Assembly (NCBI GenBank): GCA_037380865.1 | Contig: JARRRJ010000046.1 | Location: 1 to 29,821, forward strand | Source of the DNA: Sedimentisphaerales bacterium | GTDB lineage: Bacteria > Planctomycetota > Phycisphaerae > Sedimentisphaerales > Anaerobacaceae | Reading direction: 5' to 3' | DNA length: 29,821 nt | Shown here: positions 8,212-17,276 of the stretch, piece after piece | How positions within the stretch are numbered: the first letter of the stretch is position 1 | Layout: every line of letters begins with the position of its first letter | The notes under the pieces: model-generated | What the model was told of the DNA's origin: nothing | The model's input: the letters and a program-made list of their open reading frames with translations, nothing else | Databases searched by the model: none | Program-made: the position numbers and the translations under genes

Positions 8212-9399
8212 TCAATCCGAATTGCTGCGCATTTCTTCGAGCCACATCGCTATGAATTCATTCAAATCACTGATATCGACTGTGCAGTCCCTGTTTGTAT
8301 CGGCGGGAAGAAACATAGTTCCCAGATCCCCGCACTGCTGAGGCATATCCAGAATTTTCTTCAGAAGGCTGGCATCAATTCTGCCTGTCCCGTGCACATC
8401 CCCCGCATAGCTGAATGAGCCGTGAGTCATATAATGTAAAGTTATCACAGGGACCTCGATAGACTGTCTAATCGCAGAGTTTGTAACCAGCCAGTGCCCC
8501 ATATTTACAGCTTCACCGCATATATCACAATACTCAAGTCCTCTGAGCATGAAGCTCTCCTTGTAAATCGTTTGCGGCTCACTCCCATCGACTTGGGGCA
8601 GGGCTTCTATCGCCGCGGCGCATTGCTGCGCAAATTCGATTCCGTCGGGAACGAGATTATTGTTCTGGTCGGGATCGTGGAGATTAAATCCCGCCGACAA
8701 TTCTTCATTGTCTGTCAGAAAGTCATTATCGACATCATTACCATCAAAAGCAAGCTGGTGAATATCTGCTTCATAAGGGAACTGCAGTTCGAGCACTCTC
8801 ATCAGCCTGGGAATATCGACTCTGCCGCTGTGAACTTCACCGAAACAGTCGAACGAGCCGTGACTCATATAATGAACCGCAAGCTCAGGCAGAAACGCGC
8901 CATCAAGTGGGTCGTTGGGATCGGGGAAGGTCATATTAAGTCGGGGATTGATAATCTCATACCCGCCCATGTTATATTGCTCGCCGCAAATATCGCATGC
9001 TTCGATACCTCTCATAAGATGTACTATCTTATACGGCTCGTTTGGTATGGGCATCATGGTTCCGGGAACATAGACAGGCAGCTCGTCAACTGCCGCGGCG
9101 ATGCGGCTGGCCAATTCGATTCCGTCGGAGACTAAATTCTTATTCTGGTCACGATTGAAAGGTTCATAACCTATAGCCATTTCCTCGGAATTGTTCAGCA
9201 AGTCACTGTCGCTATCGTTACTCACCGCGACCTGGTGGACATCAGGAACAACAGCCTGAACATCGCTCGCGAGAGTTTTATGAAGCCCGGCGCTAACTCC
9301 AAACGTTATCGCGGCAGCCGCTCCGGTTCTTATAGCTTTATACCTGAAGCTTTTTTGCTGTTTCGAATTTTTCCGATATGCTCTCTTAAGTTTTTTCAT
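8212..9399 (-). CDS. Probable exported protein with two tandem CxxC/HYxxH metal-binding repeats and a dockerin/EF-hand-like tail (395 aa)
   Basis: Strong RBS (CAGGAGG). Basic N-terminus plus hydrophobic stretch. Internal repeats at aa ~53-204 and ~212-351. C-terminal ADTNRDCTVDISDL...W. Confidence 0.75.
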   Translation of the reverse strand: MKKLKRAYRKNSKQQKSFRYKAIRTGAAAAITFGVSAGLHKTLASDVQAVVPDVHQVAVSNDSDSDLLNNSEEMAIGYEPFNRDQNKNLVSDGIELASRIAAAVDELPVYVPGTMMPIPNEPYKIVHLMRGIEACDICGEQYNMGGYEIINPRLNMTFPDPNDPLDGAFLPELAVHYMSHGSFDCFGEVHSGRVDIPRLMRVLELQFPYEADIHQLAFDGNDVDNDFLTDNEELSAGFNLHDPDQNNNLVPDGIEFAQQCAAAIEALPQVDGSEPQTIYKESFMLRGLEYCDICGEAVNMGHWLVTNSAIRQSIEVPVITLHYMTHGSFSYAGDVHGTGRIDASLLKKILDMPQQCGDLGTMFLPADTNRDCTVDISDLNEFIAMWLEEMRSNSD

Positions 9400-9486
9400 A
9401 TCTGACCTCCTGAAAATATAATATATATATTATCGATTATACCAAACCGGACTATGCCTGTCCAGCAACTTTTGTTTTCCTTGCGC

Positions 9487-9515
9487 ATAAAAAAGCCGGA
9501 CTTGAAAGCCCGGCT
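9487..9515 (-). terminator. Intrinsic terminator after anti-sigma gene 1
   Basis: Minus strand AGCCGGGC-TTTCAA-GTCCGGCT followed by a T-run. Confidence 0.75.
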
Positions 9516-9541
9516 CTATTGTTCAAATAAATACACCTGCA

Positions 9542-11300
9542 TTATTTTTCTGTACTCTCCTGTTCCGGCGTATAATCTTTTGGAATATCAGGTATAAATG
9601 TGTCGGGTGGTAATTTCACGTTCCATTCAAATTGGTCTTTAATCATTTTTCTCGGGCCATCGTCTTCGAGCCATTCATCTTCTATTCTTACGGGAAGATT
9701 TGTTTTTTTGTCGAACCATAGACGATGTTTGGTTGTCTCCGGATTTGTGCCGTATTTTTTTGCACTTAGCTCAAAACCGTAGCATTCTTTACCATCTTTT
9801 TCCTCATTCTCGAAGAATATATCTGCTTTGCTGAACCAGCTTATAAGGAAGATTATGCGATCCATCGGATTATCAGGATGCGAACTGCCTCCGTAGGTAA
9901 TTGTTTTATAGGTGTGCCGGCGATAGTCCACTATTACTTGTATCATGCTGAAGTTCTTGTCATTGAAATCGAAACTCGTCTTGCCCCAGTCACTCTGGCT
10001 GGTGATATAGAAATTAGTTCGTTGAACTTGCTGTAACGAATAATAATCATCTTCCCGCCAGCCATATTTTGAAACATAGACCTGTTGTCTATTGTGATAC
10101 GTCCATGTTCCATCTTCGATATTACCTAAGCGCTGTCTGTAAGCTGCGTTTTCAAAAGTTGTCATTGCTTTTGCAGTTACAGCCGCAAGCTCAGGCGGAA
10201 CATTGGCATAAATCATCTGACCCTTTTCCTGTTCTTCCCGCGCTTTTCGCATCTCAGACGACTCGGCATTGATGAAATCATCCGGAATTTGCGGCTCGTA
10301 TAGTTCCCCGGGAATGTGCGCGTGATATACAAACTGGTCTTGTATAAATGTAAGTGTCTCTCCGGGCCGGTCTGTAAGAGGCCTGCCATGCTCTTCTATG
10401 CGGACTGGCAGTTTGGTCTGTACATCGAACCATATCCGATCTATATATTCAGGGGGATTATCACCGTATTTACTTGCGCTGATTTCGAAGCCCACGCATT
10501 TTTTGCCTTCGAAAGTTTCCACATCGAGTATTCGATCGGCTTTGTCTAAAAGGTTGACATAAAAACGAAGCCTTTCGACAGGATCTCTTTGATAAGCAGC
10601 ACCTTCAAGGGTTTTGACTGTATAGCATTTAAACTCGAAAGAAATATCATATAATGTTAAATCGTTTCCATCAGGCAAATCGTAAGTGACATTTTGTAAT
10701 ATGCTGTCCGGCTTGACGTCACCAAAGGTATCTTCGTCAGTTTCTTCATAATATTGCTCTTTTACCGACCTGTCCCTTGCCACATAGTTTCTATACCATG
10801 TGCCTGAAACATGCGTCGATCCGTACGGACTTACAAATACAGCCTGCTGCCGAAAAACTAAGGTCTCGATATTGTTTAAATTCATCATTATATCGCGTCC
10901 CCAGACTGTCGAAGGACCGAGCCACCATTGTTTCTCTACTATTAATGAAGATCTCCCATATATTAGACTTTGTATGAGTCGAATGAATTACTTTTTTATG
11001 CGCCGCGAGCGTCGCTTCGACATTTCTTTTTGATGCCTTGACCCCCGGCTCAACTTGCGGCTTATTGTTAGTTAAGTTTTCGATAAGGTTTTCCCGGAGA
11101 ACTTCACTTTTATCTGCAATCGTCCGTAATGCCGAGCGAATGTCTTTTTCCTCTTTTAACATATCATAGTAAAGAGATTGACACTTTTTGCATGTTTCTA
11201 TATGTTTTTGGAACTCTTTTGCTGCGTCTGGCTCTAATATTCCGAGCACAAGAGCGGCGATAGTTTCACGATTATTTGTACAATTATTCTGATTACTCAT
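9542..11300 (-). pseudogene. ZAS anti-sigma factor with tandem LolA-like extracytoplasmic domains, split by a frameshift where the TM helix should be
   Basis: ORF 10791..11300 has C-x25-H-x3-C-x2-C and ...SNIWEIFINSR. A second frame resumes KQWWLGPSTVWGRDIMMNL into ORF 9542..10888, which has two LolA-like repeats (RIWFDVQTKLPVRIE / RLWFDKKTNLPVRIE). No hydrophobic helix is present in either part. Confidence 0.75.
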
Positions 11301-11301
11301 T

Positions 11302-11826
11302 TTATATATCCTCCGAAAGTATCTCATGCAGCCTCAATCTTGCCCTGACTAATCTGGTGCGCACTGCATCTTCGCTGATTCCGAGCATTTTAGCTACAGA
11401 CGGGCAATTTTGGTTGTCAAGATAGTACAGAGTTATTGGTTCGCGATATTCTTCGGGAAGTTTGGAAATTGCTTCATGCAAACGGCAGATTTGTTTGTTT
11501 TTCTCATCGTCAGGGGATTCGATATTTTCTGTTATCTGTTCCGTCGCCTCTGGCTTGCCGCGGTGATAATCTATACACATTCTTCGGGCAATCTGCATCA
11601 GCCAGGCCCGAATCCTTTTGGCGTCTTTGAGCGTATCGAGTTTCGAAACAGCTTTTAAGAATACATCCTGCATAATATCCTCACTGTCGTGAAAGTTTTT
11701 CGTATGTGCGATACAAATGCCCAGCACATCTTGTGCGTACTTTCGCACAAGCTCCTGCGGCGTTATCGCCTTAGCGGCCTCTGATTCGTTGCCGCATTTT
11801 TCTTTACCCGACCCGGATTTAGTCAA
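11302..11826 (-). CDS. ECF sigma factor (174 aa)
   Basis: DSEDIMQDVFLKA, AWLMQIARRMCIDYHR, AISKLPEEYREPITLYY...VRTRLVRAR. TTG start 7 nt after AAGGAG. Confidence 0.88.
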   Translation of the reverse strand: MTKSGSGKEKCGNESEAAKAITPQELVRKYAQDVLGICIAHTKNFHDSEDIMQDVFLKAVSKLDTLKDAKRIRAWLMQIARRMCIDYHRGKPEATEQITENIESPDDEKNKQICRLHEAISKLPEEYREPITLYYLDNQNCPSVAKMLGISEDAVRTRLVRARLRLHEILSEDI

Positions 11827-11848
11827 TCATTTACTCCTTTCAATAACA

Positions 11849-11876
11849 ATGACGGGGAAAATGCAAAATTGTGACA
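11849..11876 (-). promoter_or_regulatory. ECF-type (probably autoregulatory) promoter TGTCAC-N16-CGTCAT
   Basis: Directly upstream of the ECF gene 11302..11826. Matches the site at 7618-7645. Confidence 0.65.
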
Positions 11877-11924
11877 GCTATTTTAAGATTTCTTGAAAAA
11901 ATTTTCCTCAACTATTTCAATGCG

Positions 11925-11954
11925 CATAAAAAAGCCGGACCAATTCAGCCCGAC
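11925..11954 (-). terminator. Intrinsic terminator after anti-sigma gene 2
   Basis: Minus strand GTCGGGC-TGAATTG-GTCCGGC followed by TTTTTT. Shares 20 bp (TGCGCATAAAAAAGCCGGAC on +) with the terminator near 9482. Confidence 0.7.
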
Positions 11955-11980
11955 ATTAAATGTTTTATAAATCGATTTTT

Positions 11981-12698
11981 TTATTGTTCTTCAACAGTCG
12001 CTCCCGACGGAATTTCAAAATCGAATAATCCTTCTGGTATCGTTATATTGTATTCGAAGTGATCTACACTTTTGACACCCTGGCCGGGAGCGGCTTTAAT
12101 AGTTTCTGTATTTATGGGCAATTTGGTTTTTGGATCAACATTGACGATAAATTCCTTTTCTCCAAAGTCTCTTTGAGCCGGAATATAAGCACGAATTTTG
12201 ATTACCTGCTTTTTTAAGCTCTGGTCAAATTGGTTCTTAAAATCAAGTTTGCCATTCAGTCTCCGAATTAAGTCCGGCAAATCCTCAAAAAGACTGGAAA
12301 ATCTCACTTCTGCGGCAAGAACATGTTCGTTGCGAATTCTAACAAGATTTTTATCTTTGTAGTAATAATAGGTTTTTTCCGGAGTTGCAACAGTCAAAAC
12401 GTTTCCGATATCCGCGTAATAATACTCTTCCTGTCCTGTCTCAGGATCAATTTGGATTATACACTCTTCTTTGCTTCCATCCCAATCGGTACAATATGCA
12501 CGGACTGAAGATACGGAACGCATGGCCTGGGATTGGATTTTTCATAAGAATTCTCCATATAGTCGGATTTGAATAAGCCGAAGCGCTGGCTTTTCTATAA
12601 ACTGTAAGTGCATCTTCGAGATTTCTTTGGGATGCATCGGGTCGGGGCTCAACTTGTAATTTGTTTATTAATTTTTCTATATTTTCTGAAGGTCTCAT
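11981..12698 (-). pseudogene. Anti-sigma factor with LolA-like domain, split by a frameshift where the TM helix should be
   Basis: ORF from 12698 reads MRPSENIEKL...NPTIWRILMKNPI, then one extra base, then another frame reads QAMRSVSSVRAY...VDPKTKLPI...FDFEIP. No TM segment. Confidence 0.75.
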
Positions 12699-13236
12699 TT
12701 TTCACCTCACTATTTAGTAATGACCTCAGTTTATCGATTTCGTACCTGTATCTGCTCTGAACTGTGTTCACACTGACCTTCTGCAAACCTGCAATTTGCC
12801 TGAACATTAAGCTGGCTTTTAGATGAAGCACGATTACTTCTCGCTGCTCATAAGGCAGTTCAGCAATTGCATTTGCGAGTTTTTCAAGCTGCCCGTTGCA
12901 CACAGCCGCAAGTTCGGGCCCTTTTCCATCGCTGACGAAAGTTTCTGCCATGTCAAGAGATTCGATATTGCGTCTGCGTTTTCGCATAAAATCCCTACAG
13001 CGGTTTGCAACGCATGTTGCGAGAAAATTTCGCAGGCTGCCTTCGCGTTTTATTCTCCCTGCCGACTCTGCAAATGAAACAAAAGTATCATGCAATACAT
13101 CTTCGGCAGTGCCGATATCATTTAAAAGAGCCGTCGCGATTGTCAGAAGCCAGGCTTCGTACTTTTCATATATTCACCTTAAAGCATCAGAATCGCCCCG
13201 TTTGAATTTAACAAGTAAAAGTCTGTCTTCTATCAT
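12649..13236 (-). pseudogene. ECF sigma factor with an in-frame TGA at codon 21
   Basis: ATG at 13236 gives MIEDRLLLVKFKRGDSDALR*IYEKYEAWLLTIATALLNDIGTAEDVLHDTF.... The stop is at 13174-13176. The rest (LATCVANRCRD, LPYEQREVIVLHL) is intact. Confidence 0.85.
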
Positions 13237-13445
13237 ATTACCGTTTCCAGGTTCCGGAACTTGTGTTTCTTACTATTATCACGTATGAAAGGAGAACGAT
13301 AGTCTAAGAAAATTTTGTACATCTCCAAAAATTTCTTATATTAATGATCACAGGAAAGATGATGTGCACAGCATATCCTACTGTTTGTAACCTCTGCTCT
13401 CAAATTAAATAAGAAATAAGCTTGACTAAAATTGTGAATTCGTGT

Positions 13446-14090
13446 TTATTCATGGTTAGGAATTCGTTTTATTATTATTCCAACGAAGCGCCATTTCTTT
13501 CTGAAATCCTCGTAAGTCCATTCTTTTTTACCGACTATGGGGTCACCTGCGATTACTTTATCCTCCGTAACTTCGAGTACGGCCGTGTAATGGTCAACTG
13601 CAGAGGAAAGTTTTATCACTGCTATCATAGGACAGATTTCTTTTAATTGGTTTATCGAATCGAAATTGCGGATTGAGCAATCGATGTCTTTTTTGCCATA
13701 CAGCTTTTTAATCGCACTTGCCAAATTTTCGTATGTTGTGCCATTTTTCAGGTTACACTTTGAAGCGATGGCCAGATCGCTTTCCTGTGCTTCTACACCC
13801 ATCTGACGCAGAACAGTAACCGCTGCAGCAGGGCCGCAGGTGAAGCCTGTGGTTTGTTTGCAGATACCGTCCTTTGAAAAAGTAGTTTGAAGATTTCTTA
13901 ACTCGTGACGAATCCAGATTGAAGGGCCAAAATACGTCACACAAAACCATAGAGAAACTCCGATAGCTGGAACCATCGATATTAGCAGTACCAGGTGAAG
14001 TTTCCGCTTAATCACGCATACTGACAGAGCAGCGAAAATTCCGAAGAGTACCAGTATCAATACTCCAAAAGTCTCAAATAATACCTGCAT
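13446..14090 (-). CDS. Membrane-anchored stand-alone peptidase C39-like protein (214 aa)
   Basis: Two N-terminal TMs. QTTGFTCGPAA (Cys), DHYT (His), AGDP (Asp). Confidence 0.8.
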   Translation of the reverse strand: MQVLFETFGVLILVLFGIFAALSVCVIKRKLHLVLLISMVPAIGVSLWFCVTYFGPSIWIRHELRNLQTTFSKDGICKQTTGFTCGPAAAVTVLRQMGVEAQESDLAIASKCNLKNGTTYENLASAIKKLYGKKDIDCSIRNFDSINQLKEICPMIAVIKLSSAVDHYTAVLEVTEDKVIAGDPIVGKKEWTYEDFRKKWRFVGIIIKRIPNHE

Positions 14091-14918
14091 TCAGAGTTCC
14101 TTATTCTGGAAGGTAAAAATATTCTTGCGTACTTGCTTTATAAATCTTCTGAATTCTTCGTAAGTCAAAGCTTCCCTGCCTGTCGCAGGATTCGCGATTA
14201 CCACTTTGTCATCCGTGACTTCGATTACGGTAACATAGTGATCGACAAGAAATGAAAACCTGGTCACTACAATTACAGGGCAGTTTCCTTTCATATCACT
14301 TATAGAATCGAATCTTCTGTATTTACATGTAACTCCTTGTGAGCCGTACAGTTTTTCAATAGCCTTTGCCAGCAGGTCGTCGGATGTTCCCGTGTGCGGC
14401 GAGGTATAGGCGTATATTGCCAGTTCTCTTTCGTCAGCTTCTATTCCAAGCTGGAACAGAGCGTTCACCGCCGCGGCGGGGCCGCACGTGTAATCGGCTG
14501 CCTGGATATACGTCCCGTTATAAAAAGTTCCGGGTTCAAGGTTTCTGAGCTCTTTTCTGACAAGAAGCGGACTGACGAAGGGAATTATGAAGAAAAATGA
14601 GCAGGCAACTGCGACTAATATCGAGACAAGGATTTTCAATCTCAGGCTTTCAATCCGCGGAATCAATGTGGAAAAAAGCATCGGAATTGCGAATGCGAAA
14701 ACGATATATTCCCTTCTTCCTGCGTTCAGCCATGAGAATGGAGGATACAATACAAGCCAGTACAAATGCCTTGGAAGAGCTATTAGTAAAATCAGTATAA
14801 GAGGCACGATATAGCCAAGAAGCCAGAGACCCTTTTTGAATCTTTTCGTTAAAAGCCCAAGAATAGTCCCAGTATCCGCAAGTACAAAGATACCGATAAT
14901 CTGAAGCCAAAACTGCAT
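14091..14918 (-). CDS. Multi-TM stand-alone peptidase C39-like protein (275 aa)
   Basis: About four N-terminal TMs. QAADYTCGPAA, DHYV, ANP (Asn where the paralog has Asp). Confidence 0.8.
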   Translation of the reverse strand: MQFWLQIIGIFVLADTGTILGLLTKRFKKGLWLLGYIVPLILILLIALPRHLYWLVLYPPFSWLNAGRREYIVFAFAIPMLFSTLIPRIESLRLKILVSILVAVACSFFFIIPFVSPLLVRKELRNLEPGTFYNGTYIQAADYTCGPAAAVNALFQLGIEADERELAIYAYTSPHTGTSDDLLAKAIEKLYGSQGVTCKYRRFDSISDMKGNCPVIVVTRFSFLVDHYVTVIEVTDDKVVIANPATGREALTYEEFRRFIKQVRKNIFTFQNKEL

Positions 14919-14960
14919 GCAATTTCTCCCAACGCAATTATAATTTTATCCACGCGACAA

Positions 14961-14987
14961 GCGGCATGGGCGAGGTACCCGTGCTGC
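14961..14987. repeat. REP-like palindrome
   Basis: GCGGCATGGG-CGAGGTA-CCCGTGCTGC, immediately after the scpB stop. Confidence 0.6.
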
Positions 14988-14991
14988 ATTA

Positions 14992-15678
14992 CTAATTCGG
15001 AGGTTTTTTCAGCTCTTCTATTTTCGGCAAGTCTTTGAGAGTGTTCAGGCCGAAAACTTCGAGGAATTTTTTCGTCGTACCGTATAGCATAGGCCTTCCG
15101 AGAATCTCTGCACGACCCACAATCTTAACCAGTCCTTTATAGCTCAGCGAACGTATCACCTCTCCAACTGCAACTCCCCTTATAGCTTCGATATCAGCAC
15201 GGATTACGGGCTGTTTGTATGCGATTATCGCAAGCGTTTCCATCGCTGCCGGACTGAGTTTAGTCTCGCTGCGTGCGCGAAGTAGTTTTTTCAGCCAGTG
15301 ATTATACCTGCTCAAAGTGAGCATTTGAAAACCGCCGGCTATCTGCTCAATTCTGAACGCGCTATTATTCGCCTTGTATTTTTTATTGAGACTTTTTATG
15401 TGCTCGCGCACCTGTTTCGTGGTTGATTCTGTAATATTTGCAAGCCTGGCTGCGGTAAGTGACTCGTCACTGGCGAAGAGAACAGCTTCGATAACTGATT
15501 CGAGGGTCATCTCATTATCGGACTCTTCGGGCAAATCGGATTCTTCTGACTCTTCAGACATGACGGATTCGTCGGACAGATCTGAGTCGTCTGATTCTTC
15601 GATTGCGTCCTCAACCTGCGATTCTTCTTCAGCTTCCTGCTGTTTTTCGTTTATCATTTCCTGTTGTTCTTCAGTCAT
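14992..15678 (-). CDS. scpB: SMC-Scp complex subunit ScpB with acidic N-terminal extension
   Basis: EAVLFAS, AGGFQMLT, LSPAAMETLAIIAYKQP, GRPMLYGTTKKFLEVFGL. The ATG at 15678 overlaps the upstream stop (ATGA). An alternative start is at 15690. Confidence 0.93.
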   Translation of the reverse strand: MTEEQQEMINEKQQEAEEESQVEDAIEESDDSDLSDESVMSEESEESDLPEESDNEMTLESVIEAVLFASDESLTAARLANITESTTKQVREHIKSLNKKYKANNSAFRIEQIAGGFQMLTLSRYNHWLKKLLRARSETKLSPAAMETLAIIAYKQPVIRADIEAIRGVAVGEVIRSLSYKGLVKIVGRAEILGRPMLYGTTKKFLEVFGLNTLKDLPKIEELKKPPN

Positions 15679-16787
15679 ACATTCATCCATCTAAAAGGGT
15701 CATTGTCTTTTTTGCTGAGGGCAATTATCGTACCTTTTAGCTGTTTTTGCAATTGTTTTGCGAGTTTTTTCAGCATAAACCTTTCAGAGACAGTATGACT
15801 CAGGCAGATACAGGTCAGGTTCGCTTCCTGTGCGGCGAGTGCCTGATGGTGCTTCAGCTCGCCTGTGAGGTATAAATCTGCCTTCTGTGCGATTATGGAA
15901 TTTATGATGGTTCCGCAGGTCCCGGCGCATACAGCCGCTTTTCTAATGACTCTCTTCTCATCTCCGACCAACCCGATAGCTTTTGCGCCTGTGGCCTTTT
16001 TTATTTTTTCAATCAATTCGGGCACTTTGGAAGGTCTTTCCAGCAACCCGATTCTTCCCAGGCCAAACCTGCCCTGGTCGTTATAAAGCTTAATAATATC
16101 AAAAGCAGGCATCTCGTAAGGATGTGCCTTCTTCATTGCTTCGACTACATCATCGAGTTTTTTCGCGGGAACTATTGTCTCGAATCTTATCTCGTGAACC
16201 TTTTCGAGTTTGTTTTTCTTACCGATAGCAGGCTTCGAGCCTTCCAGTGGCAGAAATGTTCCCGTTCCATCGGTCCCGAAGCCGCAATTGCTATAGTTTC
16301 CTATAGTGCCTGCGCCGGCCGCGAAGACTGCATTCGAAACCTTCGAGAGCGAGTCTGCAGGGACAAATACGACTAATTTATAATTGTCACCTTCCGGGTA
16401 CTCGACATAATCTCCGATAGGTTTTGCGTTTGTTATACCGATTATTTCCGAGAGGCTGTCATTGACTCCGCCTGTTATCACATCGAGAGAAGTGTGAATC
16501 GAATAAACTCCGATACCTGCGCGAATCAGCTCATAAACAACATAAGTTGAGTCATCGGTTGTGATTTTTTTCAGGCCGTCCCAGATGATCGGGTGATAAC
16601 TTATAATCAGGTCGGTATTTTGTTTCTTAGCCTCTGCGAGAACTTCTTTCGTAGTATCGATGGTAAGCAGGATATTCTTAACGTCTTTACTTTCATCGCC
16701 AATCAACAATCCCACGTTGTCCCAGCTTTGCGCCAACTTTCGCGGGAGGATTTCGTCAATTTGTTCAGCTATCTCCTTTATTTTCAT
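15675..16787 (-). CDS. Nif3/DUF34 dinuclear-metal hexameric protein with PII-like insertion (YqfO type)
   Basis: AQSWDNVGLLIG, YHP, HTSLD, inserted KLVVFVP...AHPYEMPAFD domain, TGELKHH, HTVSE. Confidence 0.9.
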   Translation of the reverse strand: MKIKEIAEQIDEILPRKLAQSWDNVGLLIGDESKDVKNILLTIDTTKEVLAEAKKQNTDLIISYHPIIWDGLKKITTDDSTYVVYELIRAGIGVYSIHTSLDVITGGVNDSLSEIIGITNAKPIGDYVEYPEGDNYKLVVFVPADSLSKVSNAVFAAGAGTIGNYSNCGFGTDGTGTFLPLEGSKPAIGKKNKLEKVHEIRFETIVPAKKLDDVVEAMKKAHPYEMPAFDIIKLYNDQGRFGLGRIGLLERPSKVPELIEKIKKATGAKAIGLVGDEKRVIRKAAVCAGTCGTIINSIIAQKADLYLTGELKHHQALAAQEANLTCICLSHTVSERFMLKKLAKQLQKQLKGTIIALSKKDNDPFRWMNV

Positions 16788-16983
16788 TTTTTACCAGGCC
16801 TATAAATTGCTCAGTGTCTGCATTTTCACCACTTCCGCCTTTTATACCATCTGCACCCAGACTTTGCAATCTATAGCCGTAATCGAACCTGTATTTATTT
16901 TTCCACTGGTCGTAAAGCTGCTGTTCCGCCACTGCGATGACAATTATTACCAGCATAGTAAATATTATCTCAAAAACTCTCAT
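16765..16983 (-). CDS. Very short GspG/pseudopilin-like protein (72 aa), possibly internally deleted
   Basis: RBS GGAGAG. Hydrophobic N-terminus with Glu at +5. DQWKNKY...SLGADGIKGGSGENAD resembles the T2SS GspG C-terminal DPWGNPY...SLGADG..GG.G.NAD motif. Confidence 0.5.
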   Translation of the reverse strand: MRVFEIIFTMLVIIVIAVAEQQLYDQWKNKYRFDYGYRLQSLGADGIKGGSGENADTEQFIGLVKNENKGDS

Positions 16984-17276
16984 TCTTATGCTCTCCCCGT
17001 GTTACTAACCCGTATTTCCAGCATGACGTTTTTGCAGCAGATATCCTTTTCTTTCGAATATCAAAACTACTTCACATTCTGAAGTTCTCCTTTAAGTCCG
17101 GGATTTTATGTTCCCGGAATACTGGACGCCTGTCACGAGGCCTTTATCCTGACAGGCGCAGACCAATACCGGCTGGTGCCCTATGAATATATTAAATATA
17201 TATAACGCTTGAAATTGTTCAGTAATCCACGATTCCGCTGCCACTTTGGGTTATCCTATGCGAATTACTGGTATTA

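Noticed and set aside
8494-9135. 213-aa plus-strand ORF
   Set aside because: Antisense shadow of the 395-aa gene, with no recognisable motifs.
10991-11003. 13-bp inverted match to the cassette terminator tail inside anti-sigma gene 1
   Set aside because: It encodes AHKK in a family-typical helix and is short enough to be chance.
12649-12700. About 50-nt overlap of the ECF C-terminus with the anti-sigma start, possibly a lost A in a homopolymer
   Set aside because: Cannot be told from a natural extension without orthologs or reads.
13174-13176. TGA recoding (Sec, Trp or Gly)
   Set aside because: TGA is used as a normal stop elsewhere (e.g. 27655-27657, 14091-14093, 20958-20960), and the position suits Arg rather than Cys.
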